Of a stretch of 64,000 nucleotides of DNA, positions 1-9,811 are shown piece by piece (position 1 is the first letter of the stretch; every line of letters begins with the position of its first letter). This DNA is from an uncultured Candidatus Rokubacteria bacterium (GTDB lineage Bacteria > Methylomirabilota > Methylomirabilia > Rokubacteriales > CSP1-6), in NCBI GenBank assembly GCA_963771355.1, contig CAVYTA010000007.1, positions 576,001 through 640,000 of the forward strand, given 5' to 3'. The notes under the pieces are model-generated. The model did no database searches, was not told the origin of the DNA, and saw only the letters and a program-made list of their open reading frames with translations. The position numbers were made by a program, and so were the translations under genes.

Positions 1-275
1 AGGATGAGATCACGACCGGAGACGGCATGGCTCAGCACCGAGAACAGGGGAGCGGTGAGCCCCATGATCCAGGAGATCATGAGGAGAAGTCCGATCCGGA
101 TGACGAGGGCCAGGGTGAGGCCGATGCGGCGGCCGAGCGTCTGCTGAGAAGCGGGGAGGCGCCCGACGAGGATGGCGATGAAGACGACGTTGTCGATCCC
201 GAGGACGATCTCCATCGCGGTCAGGGTGACCAGCGAGACGATCGCGTCGCCGGAGAGGAGGACGCTCCAGTCCAT
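1..275 (-). CDS. TerC family membrane protein (N-terminal part; runs off window start)
   Basis: Manual translation: MDWSVLLSGDAIVSLVTLTAMEIVLGIDNVVFIAIL...GRDLI; LEIVLGIDN-type TerC signature. Confidence 0.85.
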   Translation of the reverse strand, partial: MDWSVLLSGDAIVSLVTLTAMEIVLGIDNVVFIAILVGRLPASQQTLGRRIGLTLALVIRIGLLLMISWIMGLTAPLFSVLSHAVSGRDLI

Positions 276-280
276 GCCGG

Positions 281-1219
281 CTAGACCTTCGGGAGGACGT
301 CGCGCGCGAAGAGCTCGAGGGCGCCGATGTCGTCCTGGTCGAGCATCTGCAGCAGCACGCGCTGCATGCCTACCCCATCCCAGCGCTGGAGGTCCTCGAC
401 CACCTGAGTGGGCGTGCCGGCGAGGAAGCCGGCCGCGCGCCAGGCGGCCTCGCCGTCGGGCAGGGCGGGGAAGACGGCGCGCGCGTTCGCCACGCGCCGG
501 GCCACCTCCGCCGCGTCGCGGCCGATGGCCAGTGGGACCATCAGCGAGCGGGCGATGGTGTCGGGATCGCGCTTCACCGCCCGGCAGTGCTCGGCCAGCA
601 CCTGGCGCTTGGCGCGATAGCCTTCCACGTCGAGGCGGGTGACGTTCCACTCGTCCGCGAGCTCCGCCACGATGCGCAGGGTGCGCTTCTCGCCGCGCCC
701 GCCGATGACCACGCGGAGCCGCCCCCGGGGCGGCCGCGGATAGCTCTCCGCCTTCTTGAGCGGGTAGTAGGGCTGATCCAGCGTGACCGGCTCCGGCGCC
801 TCCAGCGCGCGGATGACGCGCGCGCCGCACTCGAGCCGGTCCAGGCGCTCCTTCAGCGGCGGAAACGGCACGCCGTACATGGTGTGCTCGTGCTCGTTCC
901 AGCCGGCGCCGATGCCGAGGTCGAAGCGCCCGCCCGCCAGAGTGTCGATGGCCGCGGCCATCTTGGCGAGGATGGCCGGGTGGTAGAAGGTGAGCGGCGA
1001 GACCATGGGGCCGAAGCGGATGCGCCGGGTGCGGGTGGCCAGCGCGGTGAGCGAGACCCAGGTCTCCAGCGACGGCCGCCTGGATTCGCCGCCCAGCCCG
1101 GTGAGGTGGTCGGAGCGGCAGAGGGACTCGTAGCCGAGGTCCTCCGCCGCCTGCGCGAGCCGCCACCAGCGCTCCCAGGTGAGCCCTTCCTGCCCCTCGA
1201 TCATGATGCCGACCCGCAT
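281..1219 (-). CDS. LLM-class (F420-dependent-like) oxidoreductase
   Basis: LCRSDH, GRFDLGIGAGW..EH..YG and GGRGEKRTLRIVAELADEWN motifs. Confidence 0.85.
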   Translation of the reverse strand: MRVGIMIEGQEGLTWERWWRLAQAAEDLGYESLCRSDHLTGLGGESRRPSLETWVSLTALATRTRRIRFGPMVSPLTFYHPAILAKMAAAIDTLAGGRFDLGIGAGWNEHEHTMYGVPFPPLKERLDRLECGARVIRALEAPEPVTLDQPYYPLKKAESYPRPPRGRLRVVIGGRGEKRTLRIVAELADEWNVTRLDVEGYRAKRQVLAEHCRAVKRDPDTIARSLMVPLAIGRDAAEVARRVANARAVFPALPDGEAAWRAAGFLAGTPTQVVEDLQRWDGVGMQRVLLQMLDQDDIGALELFARDVLPKV

Positions 1220-1297
1220 GGTGCGCGTCCTCCTCGGGGTGATAACAGTTCTGCCAGCTTACATCGGGTCGGTGCCGGAGGTAGACTCAATGGCGCC

Positions 1298-2555
1298 ATG
1301 GCCGACGCGGGGGCGAAGCGGCTGCTGCTCCTGATCCCCACCCGCACGTACCGCACCGAGGATTTCATGGAGGCGGCCGGCCGCCTCGACGTGGACCTGG
1401 TGGTGGCCTCCGAGCAGCCGAACGTGATGGCGGGGGAATTCCCCGACCATCTCCTCACCCTGCCCTTCGATGATCCCGCCGCGGCGGCCCGCGCCATCGC
1501 CGAGTACGCCCGCGATGCGGCCCATTCACGCGGTGGTGCCGGTGGATGACGGCACCACGCTGGTGGGGGCGGCCATCGCCGAGCGCCTCGGCCTCCGCTG
1601 CAATTCCACCGGCGCGGTGGCGACCGCGCGCAACAAGCTGCGGCTCCGCGAGCGGCTGGCCGCGGCGGGTGTGCCCGGCCCGGCCTTCACCGCCTTCGGG
1701 GTGACCGAGGACGCGCGCGCGGCGGCCCAACGGGTCCGCTATCCCTGCGTGCTCAAGCCCCTCGTGCTCTCGGCGAGCCGCGGGGTGATCCGAGCGGACG
1801 ACGCGCCCGGCTTCGTGACGGCCTTCGCACGCGTGGCGGCGCTCCTGGCCGACCCCGAGGTGCGCGCACTGGGCGAGGGGACCGACCAGATCCTGGTGGA
1901 AGACTTCGTCCCCGGCGCCGAGGTGGCCCTGGAGGGCCTGCTCACGGAGGGCGCTCTCACCGTGCTCGCGCTCTTCGACAAGCCCGACCCCCTCGACGGG
2001 CCGTTCTTCGAGGAGACCATCTACGTGACGCCGTCGCGCCTGCCCGAGGCGACCCAGCGGGCCATCGCGGAGGTCACCGCGCGCGCGGCCCGCGCGCTCG
2101 ATCTCACGGATGGCCCCATCCACGCCGAGCTGCGCCTGCCCCCCGCGGCCGCCGGGCCGGCGCCGGTCGTGATCGAGCTGGCCGCGCGCTCCATCGGCGG
2201 ACTCTGCTCCCGCACCCTGCGCTTCGGCACCGGGCTCACGCTGGAAGACATCATCCTCCGCCGCGCCCTGGATCTGCCCATCGCGTCGCTGGAACGGGAG
2301 CGGGCCGCCGCGGGGGTGATGATGATCCCCATCCCGCGTGCCGGCGTGCTGGACAAGGTGAGGGGGGTCGAGGCGGCCGGCGCGCTGCCGCACGTGGAGG
2401 ACGTGACCATCAGCGCGCATCCCGGCGAGACGCTGGTGCCGCTGCCCGAGGGCCACCGCTATCTCGGCTTCATCTTCGCGCGCGCGGCGACGCCGGCGGG
2501 GGCGGAGCAGGCGCTCCGCGCGGCCCATGCCGCGCTCGCCTTCGACATCCACTGA
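1298..2555 (+). CDS. ATP-grasp domain ligase (apparent frameshift at ~1510)
   Basis: N-terminus MADAGAKRLLLLIPT..YRTEDF in one frame; YPCVLKP..SASRGV, VEDFVPG.EVALEG and HAELR..IELAAR in the next frame. Confidence 0.8.
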
Positions 2556-2566
2556 GGAGGCCCGTC

Positions 2567-4552
2567 ATGCGTGGCATGCGCCCGGACGATCTCACCCGCA
2601 TCCGCTTCGTGTCCGATCCGCGGATCTCGCCCGACGGCCGTCGCGTGGCGTTCGTGGTGACCACGCTCTCCGAGGAGAAGGACGAGTACCTGTCGAATAT
2701 CTGGTTGGTAGAGTCGGAGGGCGGCGCGCCCCGTCGCTTCACCGCCGGCCCCGGCCGCGATACCGCGCCGCGCTGGTCGCCCGACGGCTCCCGCCTGGCC
2801 TTCATCTCCGAGCGCGAGCGTGGCAAGAAGGGCCAGCTCCTCGTCATGCCCGCCGACGGCGGCGAGCCCACCGCCCTCACCGAGCTCAAGAACGGGGTCA
2901 GCGGAGCGGAGTGGTCGCCGGACGGGACCCGGCTGGCCTTCGTGTCCAAGGTGGGCGGCTGGGAGGAGCCCGAGAGCGAGGACGAGCGGCGGAAGTCCAA
3001 GCCCGCGCGGATCATCACCACGCTCAAGTACCGGTTCAACGGCGAGGGCTGGATCCACGACCGGCGCCCGCATGTGTTCACGGTGTCGGCGGCGGGCGGG
3101 GCCCCGCCCGTCCAGCTCACCGACGGCGACTGGGGGGATGCCCAGCCCGCCTGGTCGCCCGACGGGCGCTGGATCGCGTTCGCCTCCGCCCGCCATGACG
3201 ACCGCGACCTGGACGACGCGTCCGACATCTGGATCGTGGCGGCGGCGGGCGGGGGGCCGCGGCGAATCACCGACACGCTCGGGCCCGCCATGTTTCCCGC
3301 GTTCTCGCCGGACGGGCACACCCTCGCCTATCTCGGCCGGCGCCACCGCGCGGAGTTCGGCCGGAACTGGCGCATCCTTACGGTGCCCGTGGAGGGCGGC
3401 ACCCCGCAGAGCCTCACCGACGCGCTCGACCGCTCCGGCGCCGCGCTGGAGCGGCCGCCGCTCTGGTCGCCCGACGGGAACTGGATCACCTTCGGCGTGG
3501 AGGATCACGGCACGCTGGTGCTCTACCGCGTGCGCCGCGACGGGGATGGCGCGCCCGCGGGGCCCCCGGCCGCCATCGTCACCGGGGATCGCGTGGTGAA
3601 CGGCGTCTCGCTCTCCGCCGACGGGCAACGTCTCGCCTTCACCGCCACCGACGCGGTCACGCCCACGGAAGTGTTCACCTGCGGCCCGGATGGGAGCGGC
3701 GAGCGGCGGCTCACCGACGAGAACCGAGCGTGGCGGGCGTCGGTGACCCTCGCCGCGCCCGAGCGCTTCGCCTTCGAGCGGGCGGGCTTCACCGTGGAGG
3801 GCTGGATGATGAGGCCGGTCGGCTTCACCGCGGGCCGGCAGTATCCCGCGCTGCTCAGCATCCACGGAGGCCCGCACGCGCAGTACGGCGTGGGCTTCTT
3901 CGACGAGTTCCAGGTCTACGCCGCCGCGGGCTTCGGGGTGATCTTCCTCAACCCGCGCGGGAGCCAGGGATACGGCGAGGCCTTCACGCGCGCGGTGGTG
4001 GGCGACTGGGGCGGGGGCGACTACGCGGACGTGATGGCGGGGCTCGACGAGGCCCTGCGGCGGGCGCCGTGGATCGATCCCGAGCGCCTGGGGGTGCTGG
4101 GCGGGAGCTACGGCGGCTTCCTCACCTCGTGGACGGTGGGCCACACCGACCGCTTCAAGGCCGCCTGCTCCGAGCGCGCGGTCAACTGCCACACGAGCAT
4201 GTTCGGCACCAGTGACATCGGGCACATCTTCAACGTGTCCGAGGTGGGCGGGCTGCCGTGGGAGGCGCCCGAGGTGTACCGGGAGCGCTCGCCGCTCACC
4301 TACGCCAAGAACGTGACCACGCCGCTCCTCATCGTTCACTCGGAAGAAGATTTTCGTTGCCCGATCGAGCAGGGCGAGCAGCTCTTCGTCGCGCTCAAGA
4401 AGCAGGGCAAGGAGGCGGTCTTCGTCCGGTTCCCCGACGAGAACCACGAGCTCTCCCGCTCGGGCAAGCCGCGCCACCGGCTCGAGCGCTTCCGCATCAT
4501 CCTCGACTGGTTCACCAAGCGACTGGCGCCGGAGGCCCCGCATGGCGGGTGA
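2567..4552 (+). CDS. S9 family (acylaminoacyl/dipeptidyl) peptidase
   Basis: WSPDG beta-propeller repeats, IHGGPH, GGSYGG nucleophile motif, D-FRC and ENHEL triad residues. Confidence 0.92.
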   Translation: MRGMRPDDLTRIRFVSDPRISPDGRRVAFVVTTLSEEKDEYLSNIWLVESEGGAPRRFTAGPGRDTAPRWSPDGSRLAFISERERGKKGQLLVMPADGGEPTALTELKNGVSGAEWSPDGTRLAFVSKVGGWEEPESEDERRKSKPARIITTLKYRFNGEGWIHDRRPHVFTVSAAGGAPPVQLTDGDWGDAQPAWSPDGRWIAFASARHDDRDLDDASDIWIVAAAGGGPRRITDTLGPAMFPAFSPDGHTLAYLGRRHRAEFGRNWRILTVPVEGGTPQSLTDALDRSGAALERPPLWSPDGNWITFGVEDHGTLVLYRVRRDGDGAPAGPPAAIVTGDRVVNGVSLSADGQRLAFTATDAVTPTEVFTCGPDGSGERRLTDENRAWRASVTLAAPERFAFERAGFTVEGWMMRPVGFTAGRQYPALLSIHGGPHAQYGVGFFDEFQVYAAAGFGVIFLNPRGSQGYGEAFTRAVVGDWGGGDYADVMAGLDEALRRAPWIDPERLGVLGGSYGGFLTSWTVGHTDRFKAACSERAVNCHTSMFGTSDIGHIFNVSEVGGLPWEAPEVYRERSPLTYAKNVTTPLLIVHSEEDFRCPIEQGEQLFVALKKQGKEAVFVRFPDENHELSRSGKPRHRLERFRIILDWFTKRLAPEAPHGG

Positions 4553-5291
4553 GGGCCGGGTCGCGCTGGTGACGGGCGCCCAGCAGGGGATCGGACACGC
4601 CACCGCGCTCGCGCTGGCCCGCGCGGGCCTGGACGTGGCGCTGAACTACCTCGACAACCGCGCCGCCGCCGAGAAGGCGGCGGCGGCGATCCGCGCGCTC
4701 GGCCGGCGCGCCCTGGTGGTGTCCGGCGATGTCTCCCACGCCGCCGACGTCGACGCCATGCTGGGGGCGGTCGCGCGGGGGCTCGGCGTCCCCGACGTCC
4801 TCGTGAACAATGCCGGCATCTATCCGCGCTCGCCCTTCCTCGAGCTCGCCGAGCGCGAGTGGGACGCGGTGCTGGGCGTGAACCTCAAGGGCTCGTTCCT
4901 CTGCGCCCAGGCGGCGGCGCGCGCCATGGTGGCGGCGGGGCGCCGCGGGGTCATCATCAACCTGGCGTCACAGGCCATCCGCGGCGCGCCGCTGGGGGTC
5001 CACTACACCGCCAGCAAGGGCGGCATCGTGGCGATGACGCGCGCGATGGCCCTGGCCCTGGCGCCCCACGGCATCCGGGTCAACGCGGTCGCCCCCGGCC
5101 TCACCGACACCGCCCAGCCCCGCTACGAGCACACCGAGGAGACCATGGCCGAGCTGAGCCGCGCCGTCCCCCTCGGGCACATGGCGGCCCCGGACGACAT
5201 CGCCGACGTGATCGTCTTCCTCGCGTCCGACGCGGCCCGCCACGTCACCGGCCAGACGATCCACGCCAACGGCGGCTCCTTCATGGCATAG
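4542..5291 (+). CDS. SDR family oxidoreductase
   Basis: TGAQQGIG, NNAGI and YTASK motifs. Confidence 0.9.
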   Translation: MAGEGRVALVTGAQQGIGHATALALARAGLDVALNYLDNRAAAEKAAAAIRALGRRALVVSGDVSHAADVDAMLGAVARGLGVPDVLVNNAGIYPRSPFLELAEREWDAVLGVNLKGSFLCAQAAARAMVAAGRRGVIINLASQAIRGAPLGVHYTASKGGIVAMTRAMALALAPHGIRVNAVAPGLTDTAQPRYEHTEETMAELSRAVPLGHMAAPDDIADVIVFLASDAARHVTGQTIHANGGSFMA

Positions 5292-5407
5292 CCCGCGCAC
5301 CTCCGCTATACTTCGATGTTGCCCGACCGCCAACTCACCCGGATAGTCTATGGGTTATCACCATACGTTTCCGAGAGGACGACCGTGACCGTGTTTCCGA
5401 GCGCGCG

Positions 5408-6466
5408 ATGACGATTCCCACCGAGCCGATTGGCAGCATCCCGAGACCGCCGGAGCTCATCGAGGCCTTCACCCGAAAGGGCCCCGAGGATCCGAGCCTG
5501 GACCCTCTCTACGAGGCCGCCGTGCGGGACACCGTGCGGCGGTTCGAGGCAACGGGGTCGCCCGTCGTCACCGATGGCGAGCAGCGGAAGTACCACAACT
5601 TCTGGACCTATCCCGTGTACGGGATGCCGAACACGATGCCCGACGGCTTCCAGATCCCCTTCGCGGCGGGACATGTCCGGCGCATGCCGCGGCTGACGCA
5701 CGGCCCCTTTCGATTTCGACGCTCCGCGGACAGCTTCCTCGAAGTGGCGCAGCGCTACGCGACGGTTCCGGTGAAGCAGGCGATCATCTCGACGTCCGCG
5801 CTGAGCCTCATGTATCCGGCCGACGGGATCCCGGGCTATTCGCGCGAGCAGTTCATCGACGACCTCCTTCGCGAGCACGAGCTCGAGATCCGCCGGTGCC
5901 TGGAGCGGGGCGCGCATTCGGTGCAGATCGACTTCACCGAAGGCCGCCTCTCGATGAAGGTCGACCCCTCCGGGCACCTCCTCAACAGCTTCATCGACTT
6001 GAACAACCTCGCGCTGTCGCGCTTCTCCGCGGAGGAGCGCCGGCGGATCGGGGTGCACACCTGCCCGGGCGGCGATCGGGATTCCACCCACAGTGCCGAC
6101 GTCGCCTACGAAGAGCTGCTGCCCAGCCTGTTCGAGCTGAAGGCCGGCCGCTTCTATGTCGCGCTGGCGGGCGAGGGGGACCAGGTGCGCGCGCTGAAGA
6201 TCATCCGCGATCATCTGAAAGCGGACCAGCGCGTGTTCGTCGGCGTCATCGCGCCGATACACCCGCGGATCGAGACGCCCGAAGAGGTCCGTGACCGGGT
6301 CCTGGAGGCGGCACAGTACATCCCCCTGGCGCAGCTCGGCACCACCGACGATTGCGGGTTCTCACCCTTCAGCGACGACACGTCGACGTCCCGTGACACG
6401 GCGTTCGCCAAGATCCGGGCGCGGGTGGTCGGTACCGCCCTCGCCGCGAAGGCGCTCGGGCTGTGA
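5408..6466 (+). CDS. Cobalamin-independent methionine synthase catalytic-domain-only (MetE C-terminal-like) protein
   Basis: PIGSIPRP, VTDGEQ, GVHTCPGGD (His/Cys Zn ligands) and TDDCGF; ~352 aa, so no N-terminal folate-binding half. Confidence 0.82.
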   Translation: MTIPTEPIGSIPRPPELIEAFTRKGPEDPSLDPLYEAAVRDTVRRFEATGSPVVTDGEQRKYHNFWTYPVYGMPNTMPDGFQIPFAAGHVRRMPRLTHGPFRFRRSADSFLEVAQRYATVPVKQAIISTSALSLMYPADGIPGYSREQFIDDLLREHELEIRRCLERGAHSVQIDFTEGRLSMKVDPSGHLLNSFIDLNNLALSRFSAEERRRIGVHTCPGGDRDSTHSADVAYEELLPSLFELKAGRFYVALAGEGDQVRALKIIRDHLKADQRVFVGVIAPIHPRIETPEEVRDRVLEAAQYIPLAQLGTTDDCGFSPFSDDTSTSRDTAFAKIRARVVGTALAAKALGL

Positions 6467-8796
6467 TGGTCGAGCACGACGACGAGGATCGGCTCCTGCG
6501 GGCGGTGACGATCCAGAATGCCAATGCCATCCTGGTGGCCCGGCGGCGCGCCGAGCAGGAGCTCCTGCAGGCGAAGGAAGCGCTGGAGCTCAAGACCGGC
6601 GAGCTCGCCCATTCGCTGGCGATGCTGCGCGCGACGCTCGAATCCACCACCGACGGCATCCTGGTGACCGACGAGCGCGGGCACGTCACCGACTTCAACG
6701 AGCGGTACCTCGCGATGTGGCGGCTGCCCCGCGAGCTGGTGGTGTCGGGAGCGCACCGGGAGATCATGGAGGCGATCGCCGCGCAGTTCACCGACGCGCG
6801 GCCGTTCGTCGACCGGGTGGAGGAGATCTACGCGGCCGCGAGCGAGGAGACCTTCGACGTCCTGGAGCTCGCGGACGGCCGGGTGTTCGAGCGATACTCG
6901 CGCGTCCAGATCGTCGACGCCCGCAACGTCGGGCGCGTGTGGAGCTTCCGCGACATCACCCAGAACCGACGGACGGAAGAGGCCTTGCGCGAGGAGACCC
7001 GGGAGCGCCGGCATCTGCTCGAGAGCGAGCGGGCGGCACGGAGCGAGGCGGAGCGCGGAAGCGCGATGAAGGACGAGTTCCTGGCCACGCTCTCCCACGA
7101 GCTGCGCACGCCCCTCAATGCCATCCTCGGGTGGTCGCAGATGCTCCGGCTCTCGACCATGAGCGAGAGCGATCGGCAGCGGGGACTCGAGATCATCGAG
7201 CGCAATACGCGCGTCCAGGCGCAGCTGATCGAGGACCTGCTCGACATGAGCCGGATCACGTCCGGCAAGCTGCGCCTCGATATCCAGGCGATGGCGCCGG
7301 CGGCGGTGGTGGAGGCGGCGCTCGACACGGTGCGCGCGGCGGCCGACGCCAAGGGGATCCGCCTGACCTCGGTGCTGGACCCGGCGGCGGGACCGGTGGT
7401 GGGAGACCCGAATCGCCTCCAGCAGGTGGTCTGGAACCTGCTCTCCAACGCCATCAAGTTCACGGGAAAGAATGGCCGGGTGCAGGTGCGTCTCCAGCGC
7501 GTGAACTCCCACATCGAGATCAGTGTCACCGACACCGGGATCGGCATCGCGCCCGAGTTCTTGCCGTACGTGTTCGAGCGGTTCCGGCAGGCGGACGCCT
7601 CCAGCACCCGCCCGGCGGGCGGACTCGGTCTGGGCCTCGCCATCGTGAAGCAGCTCGTCGAGCTCCATGGGGGCTCGGTGCGGGCGGCGAGCCCGGGACC
7701 GGACCGCGGGGCGACATTCACCGTGGAGCTTCCGCTCCTGGCCGTTCAACGCGACCGCCCCGAGGCGCGCCGGCATCCCACCGCCCAGAGCATCGCCCCT
7801 CTGGAGTTCACGCGGCTGGACCTGGCCGGCATCAAGGTGCTGGTGGTCGACGATGAGGTCGATGCGCGTGACCTGATCGCGCGGGTACTCGCCGAGTGCC
7901 GCGCGGAGGTGTTCACCGCCGGCACCGCCGAGGAGACGCTGGCCGCCATCGAACGAGTCCGGCCGCATGTGCTCGTGAGCGACATCGGCATGCCCACCGT
8001 CGACGGGTACCAGCTGCTCCGGCAGGTCCGGGCGCTCGGCCTCGCGCGGGGCGGCGGCGTGCCGGCGATCGCGCTCACCGCCTTCGCCCGCTCGGAGGAC
8101 CGGACCCGCGCGCTGCACGCGGGGTTCGTCGTCCACGTCTCGAAGCCGGTGGAGCCCGCGGAGCTGATGGCCGCGGTGGCGAGCGTGGTGGGGCGGACGG
8201 GCGAGCCCGTGCCGCGCGTGAGGGTGGACCCCCTAGGACTGCCTCAGCGCCGCGCCGATATCGTCGGGGCTCACCGGCTTGGTCAGATGGAGATCGAAGC
8301 CCGCCTCTTGCGCCCGGACGCGATCGTAGGGCTGGCCGTAGCCGGTCACCGCGACCAGCCGGATCACGGCGTTTCCCATCGCCTGCCGCACCCGCCGGGC
8401 GACTTCGTAGCCATCGAGCCCGGGAAGCCCCACGTCGATGAGGGCGACGTCCGGTTGCACCTGGAGGATCAGGGCGACGCCCGCCACCCCGTCCGCGGCC
8501 GTCCGGACCTCGTGGCCCTGCAGCGTGAGGAGGATCTGGAGCGCCTCGCGCGCATCCTCGTGATCCTCGACCACGACGATGCGTCGGGGAAGGGAGGGGG
8601 CCGGCGCGAGCTCGGGCCGAGGGGCGGCCGCCTCCGCGGCGAGGGGGAGACGCACGACGAACTCGCTGCCCTGTCCCGAGACCCGCGCTATGGGCCGCCA
8701 CGCGGCCCCCGTGCTGCTCGACGAGGCCCTTCACGACGGCGAGGCCGAGGCCGAGGCCGCCGCGCGCGCGTTGGAGGGAGACGTCGGTTTGCGTGA
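6466..8796 (+). CDS. Hybrid sensor kinase PAS-HisKA-HATPase-REC; meaningful protein likely ends at ~8220
   Basis: FLATLSHELRTPL, NLLSNAIKFT, GGLGLGL, VVDD..SDIGMP..KP; TGATG overlap with the upstream stop; the tail runs antisense into the convergent kinase. Confidence 0.88.
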   Translation: MVEHDDEDRLLRAVTIQNANAILVARRRAEQELLQAKEALELKTGELAHSLAMLRATLESTTDGILVTDERGHVTDFNERYLAMWRLPRELVVSGAHREIMEAIAAQFTDARPFVDRVEEIYAAASEETFDVLELADGRVFERYSRVQIVDARNVGRVWSFRDITQNRRTEEALREETRERRHLLESERAARSEAERGSAMKDEFLATLSHELRTPLNAILGWSQMLRLSTMSESDRQRGLEIIERNTRVQAQLIEDLLDMSRITSGKLRLDIQAMAPAAVVEAALDTVRAAADAKGIRLTSVLDPAAGPVVGDPNRLQQVVWNLLSNAIKFTGKNGRVQVRLQRVNSHIEISVTDTGIGIAPEFLPYVFERFRQADASSTRPAGGLGLGLAIVKQLVELHGGSVRAASPGPDRGATFTVELPLLAVQRDRPEARRHPTAQSIAPLEFTRLDLAGIKVLVVDDEVDARDLIARVLAECRAEVFTAGTAEETLAAIERVRPHVLVSDIGMPTVDGYQLLRQVRALGLARGGGVPAIALTAFARSEDRTRALHAGFVVHVSKPVEPAELMAAVASVVGRTGEPVPRVRVDPLGLPQRRADIVGAHRLGQMEIEARLLRPDAIVGLAVAGHRDQPDHGVSHRLPHPPGDFVAIEPGKPHVDEGDVRLHLEDQGDARHPVRGRPDLVALQREEDLERLARILVILDHDDASGKGGGRRELGPRGGRLRGEGETHDELAALSRDPRYGPPRGPRAARRGPSRRRGRGRGRRARVGGRRRFA

Positions 8797-9811
8797 ACGG
8801 CTCGAAGATGGACTCGAGCATCTCGGCGGCGAGACCGATCCCCCGATCTTCCACGCTGAGGACGGCCTCGCCGTTCTCCCGGCGCGCGACCACGCGGATC
8901 GGCTCGCCGGGGGGCGAGTACTTGACCGCGTTGTCGATGAGGTTCCCCGCGATCTGCTCGAGGCGCACCGGATCGCCTTCCACCACCACCGGGCGCCCAT
9001 CGGTGACGAGCGAGACGCGATGCGCGTGCGACACGGCGGCGTGGCGGGACTCGACACACTGGCGGACGACCTCGCGGAGATCGACGGGCTCCCGCCGCAG
9101 GGCGATCTTGCCCGACATGATCCGGGACACGTCGAGCAGATCGTCGATGAGCCGGGAGAGGTGCTGCGCCTGGCGGCCGATGATGGTCCGCGACCGGCTC
9201 TCGGCCTCCGCGCGGGCCTCGAATCGGTCGAGCACGGCGGCGCCGTTGACGATGGCGGCCAGGGGATTGCGGAGCTCGTGCCCCAGCATGGCCAGGAAAT
9301 TGTCCTTGGCCCGGCTCTCGCGCTCGGCGGCGGCGCGCGCGACGCGGAGCTCCGCCTCGACGCGCTCGCGGACGGCCAGGTAGTCGCGGGTCTCGTATTG
9401 CCGGCGCCGCGCGCGGAGCGCGGTCCGGATCGCCGCCACCAGGGTGATGGCGCGGACCGGCCGCTCGAGGACGGTGACGTTCCCGGACTCGGCCAGCGTC
9501 TGGAGCATCCGGTAGTTCGTGCCGCTCACGTGCCCGCTCGTGGTGAGGATCACCAGGGGCAGGTCCGACCAGGGAGCCTGTTGCTCGCAGGCCTCGAGGA
9601 GGAGCTGGGTCGACGCCCGGGCGAGCGCCTCCTCGGTCAGCAGCACCGCGCCCGCGCCCTCCCCGATGGCCTCGCAGAGCGCGTCGATCCCCGCGCAGAC
9701 TGCCGTGGCCATGCGGGCTCTGGACAGGACCTCGCACGCGATCTCGCCGTCCCGACCCACCGGCGCCAGGATGAGGACCCGTTCCTCCGCGGCGCTACTT
9801 GACGGGGCCAT
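8233..9811 (-). CDS. KaiC-associated hybrid histidine kinase (pseudo-REC-HisKA-HATPase-REC; apparent frameshift at ~8670)
   Basis: RVLILAPVGRDG N-terminus, GHELRNPL, NAVKYS and GGLGLGL; C-terminal REC (VVEDHED..DVGLPGLDG..TKP) in ORF 8233..8655. Confidence 0.85.

Noticed and set aside
27..284. Acidic 85-aa plus-strand ORF
   Set aside because: Antisense shadow of the hydrophobic TerC gene.
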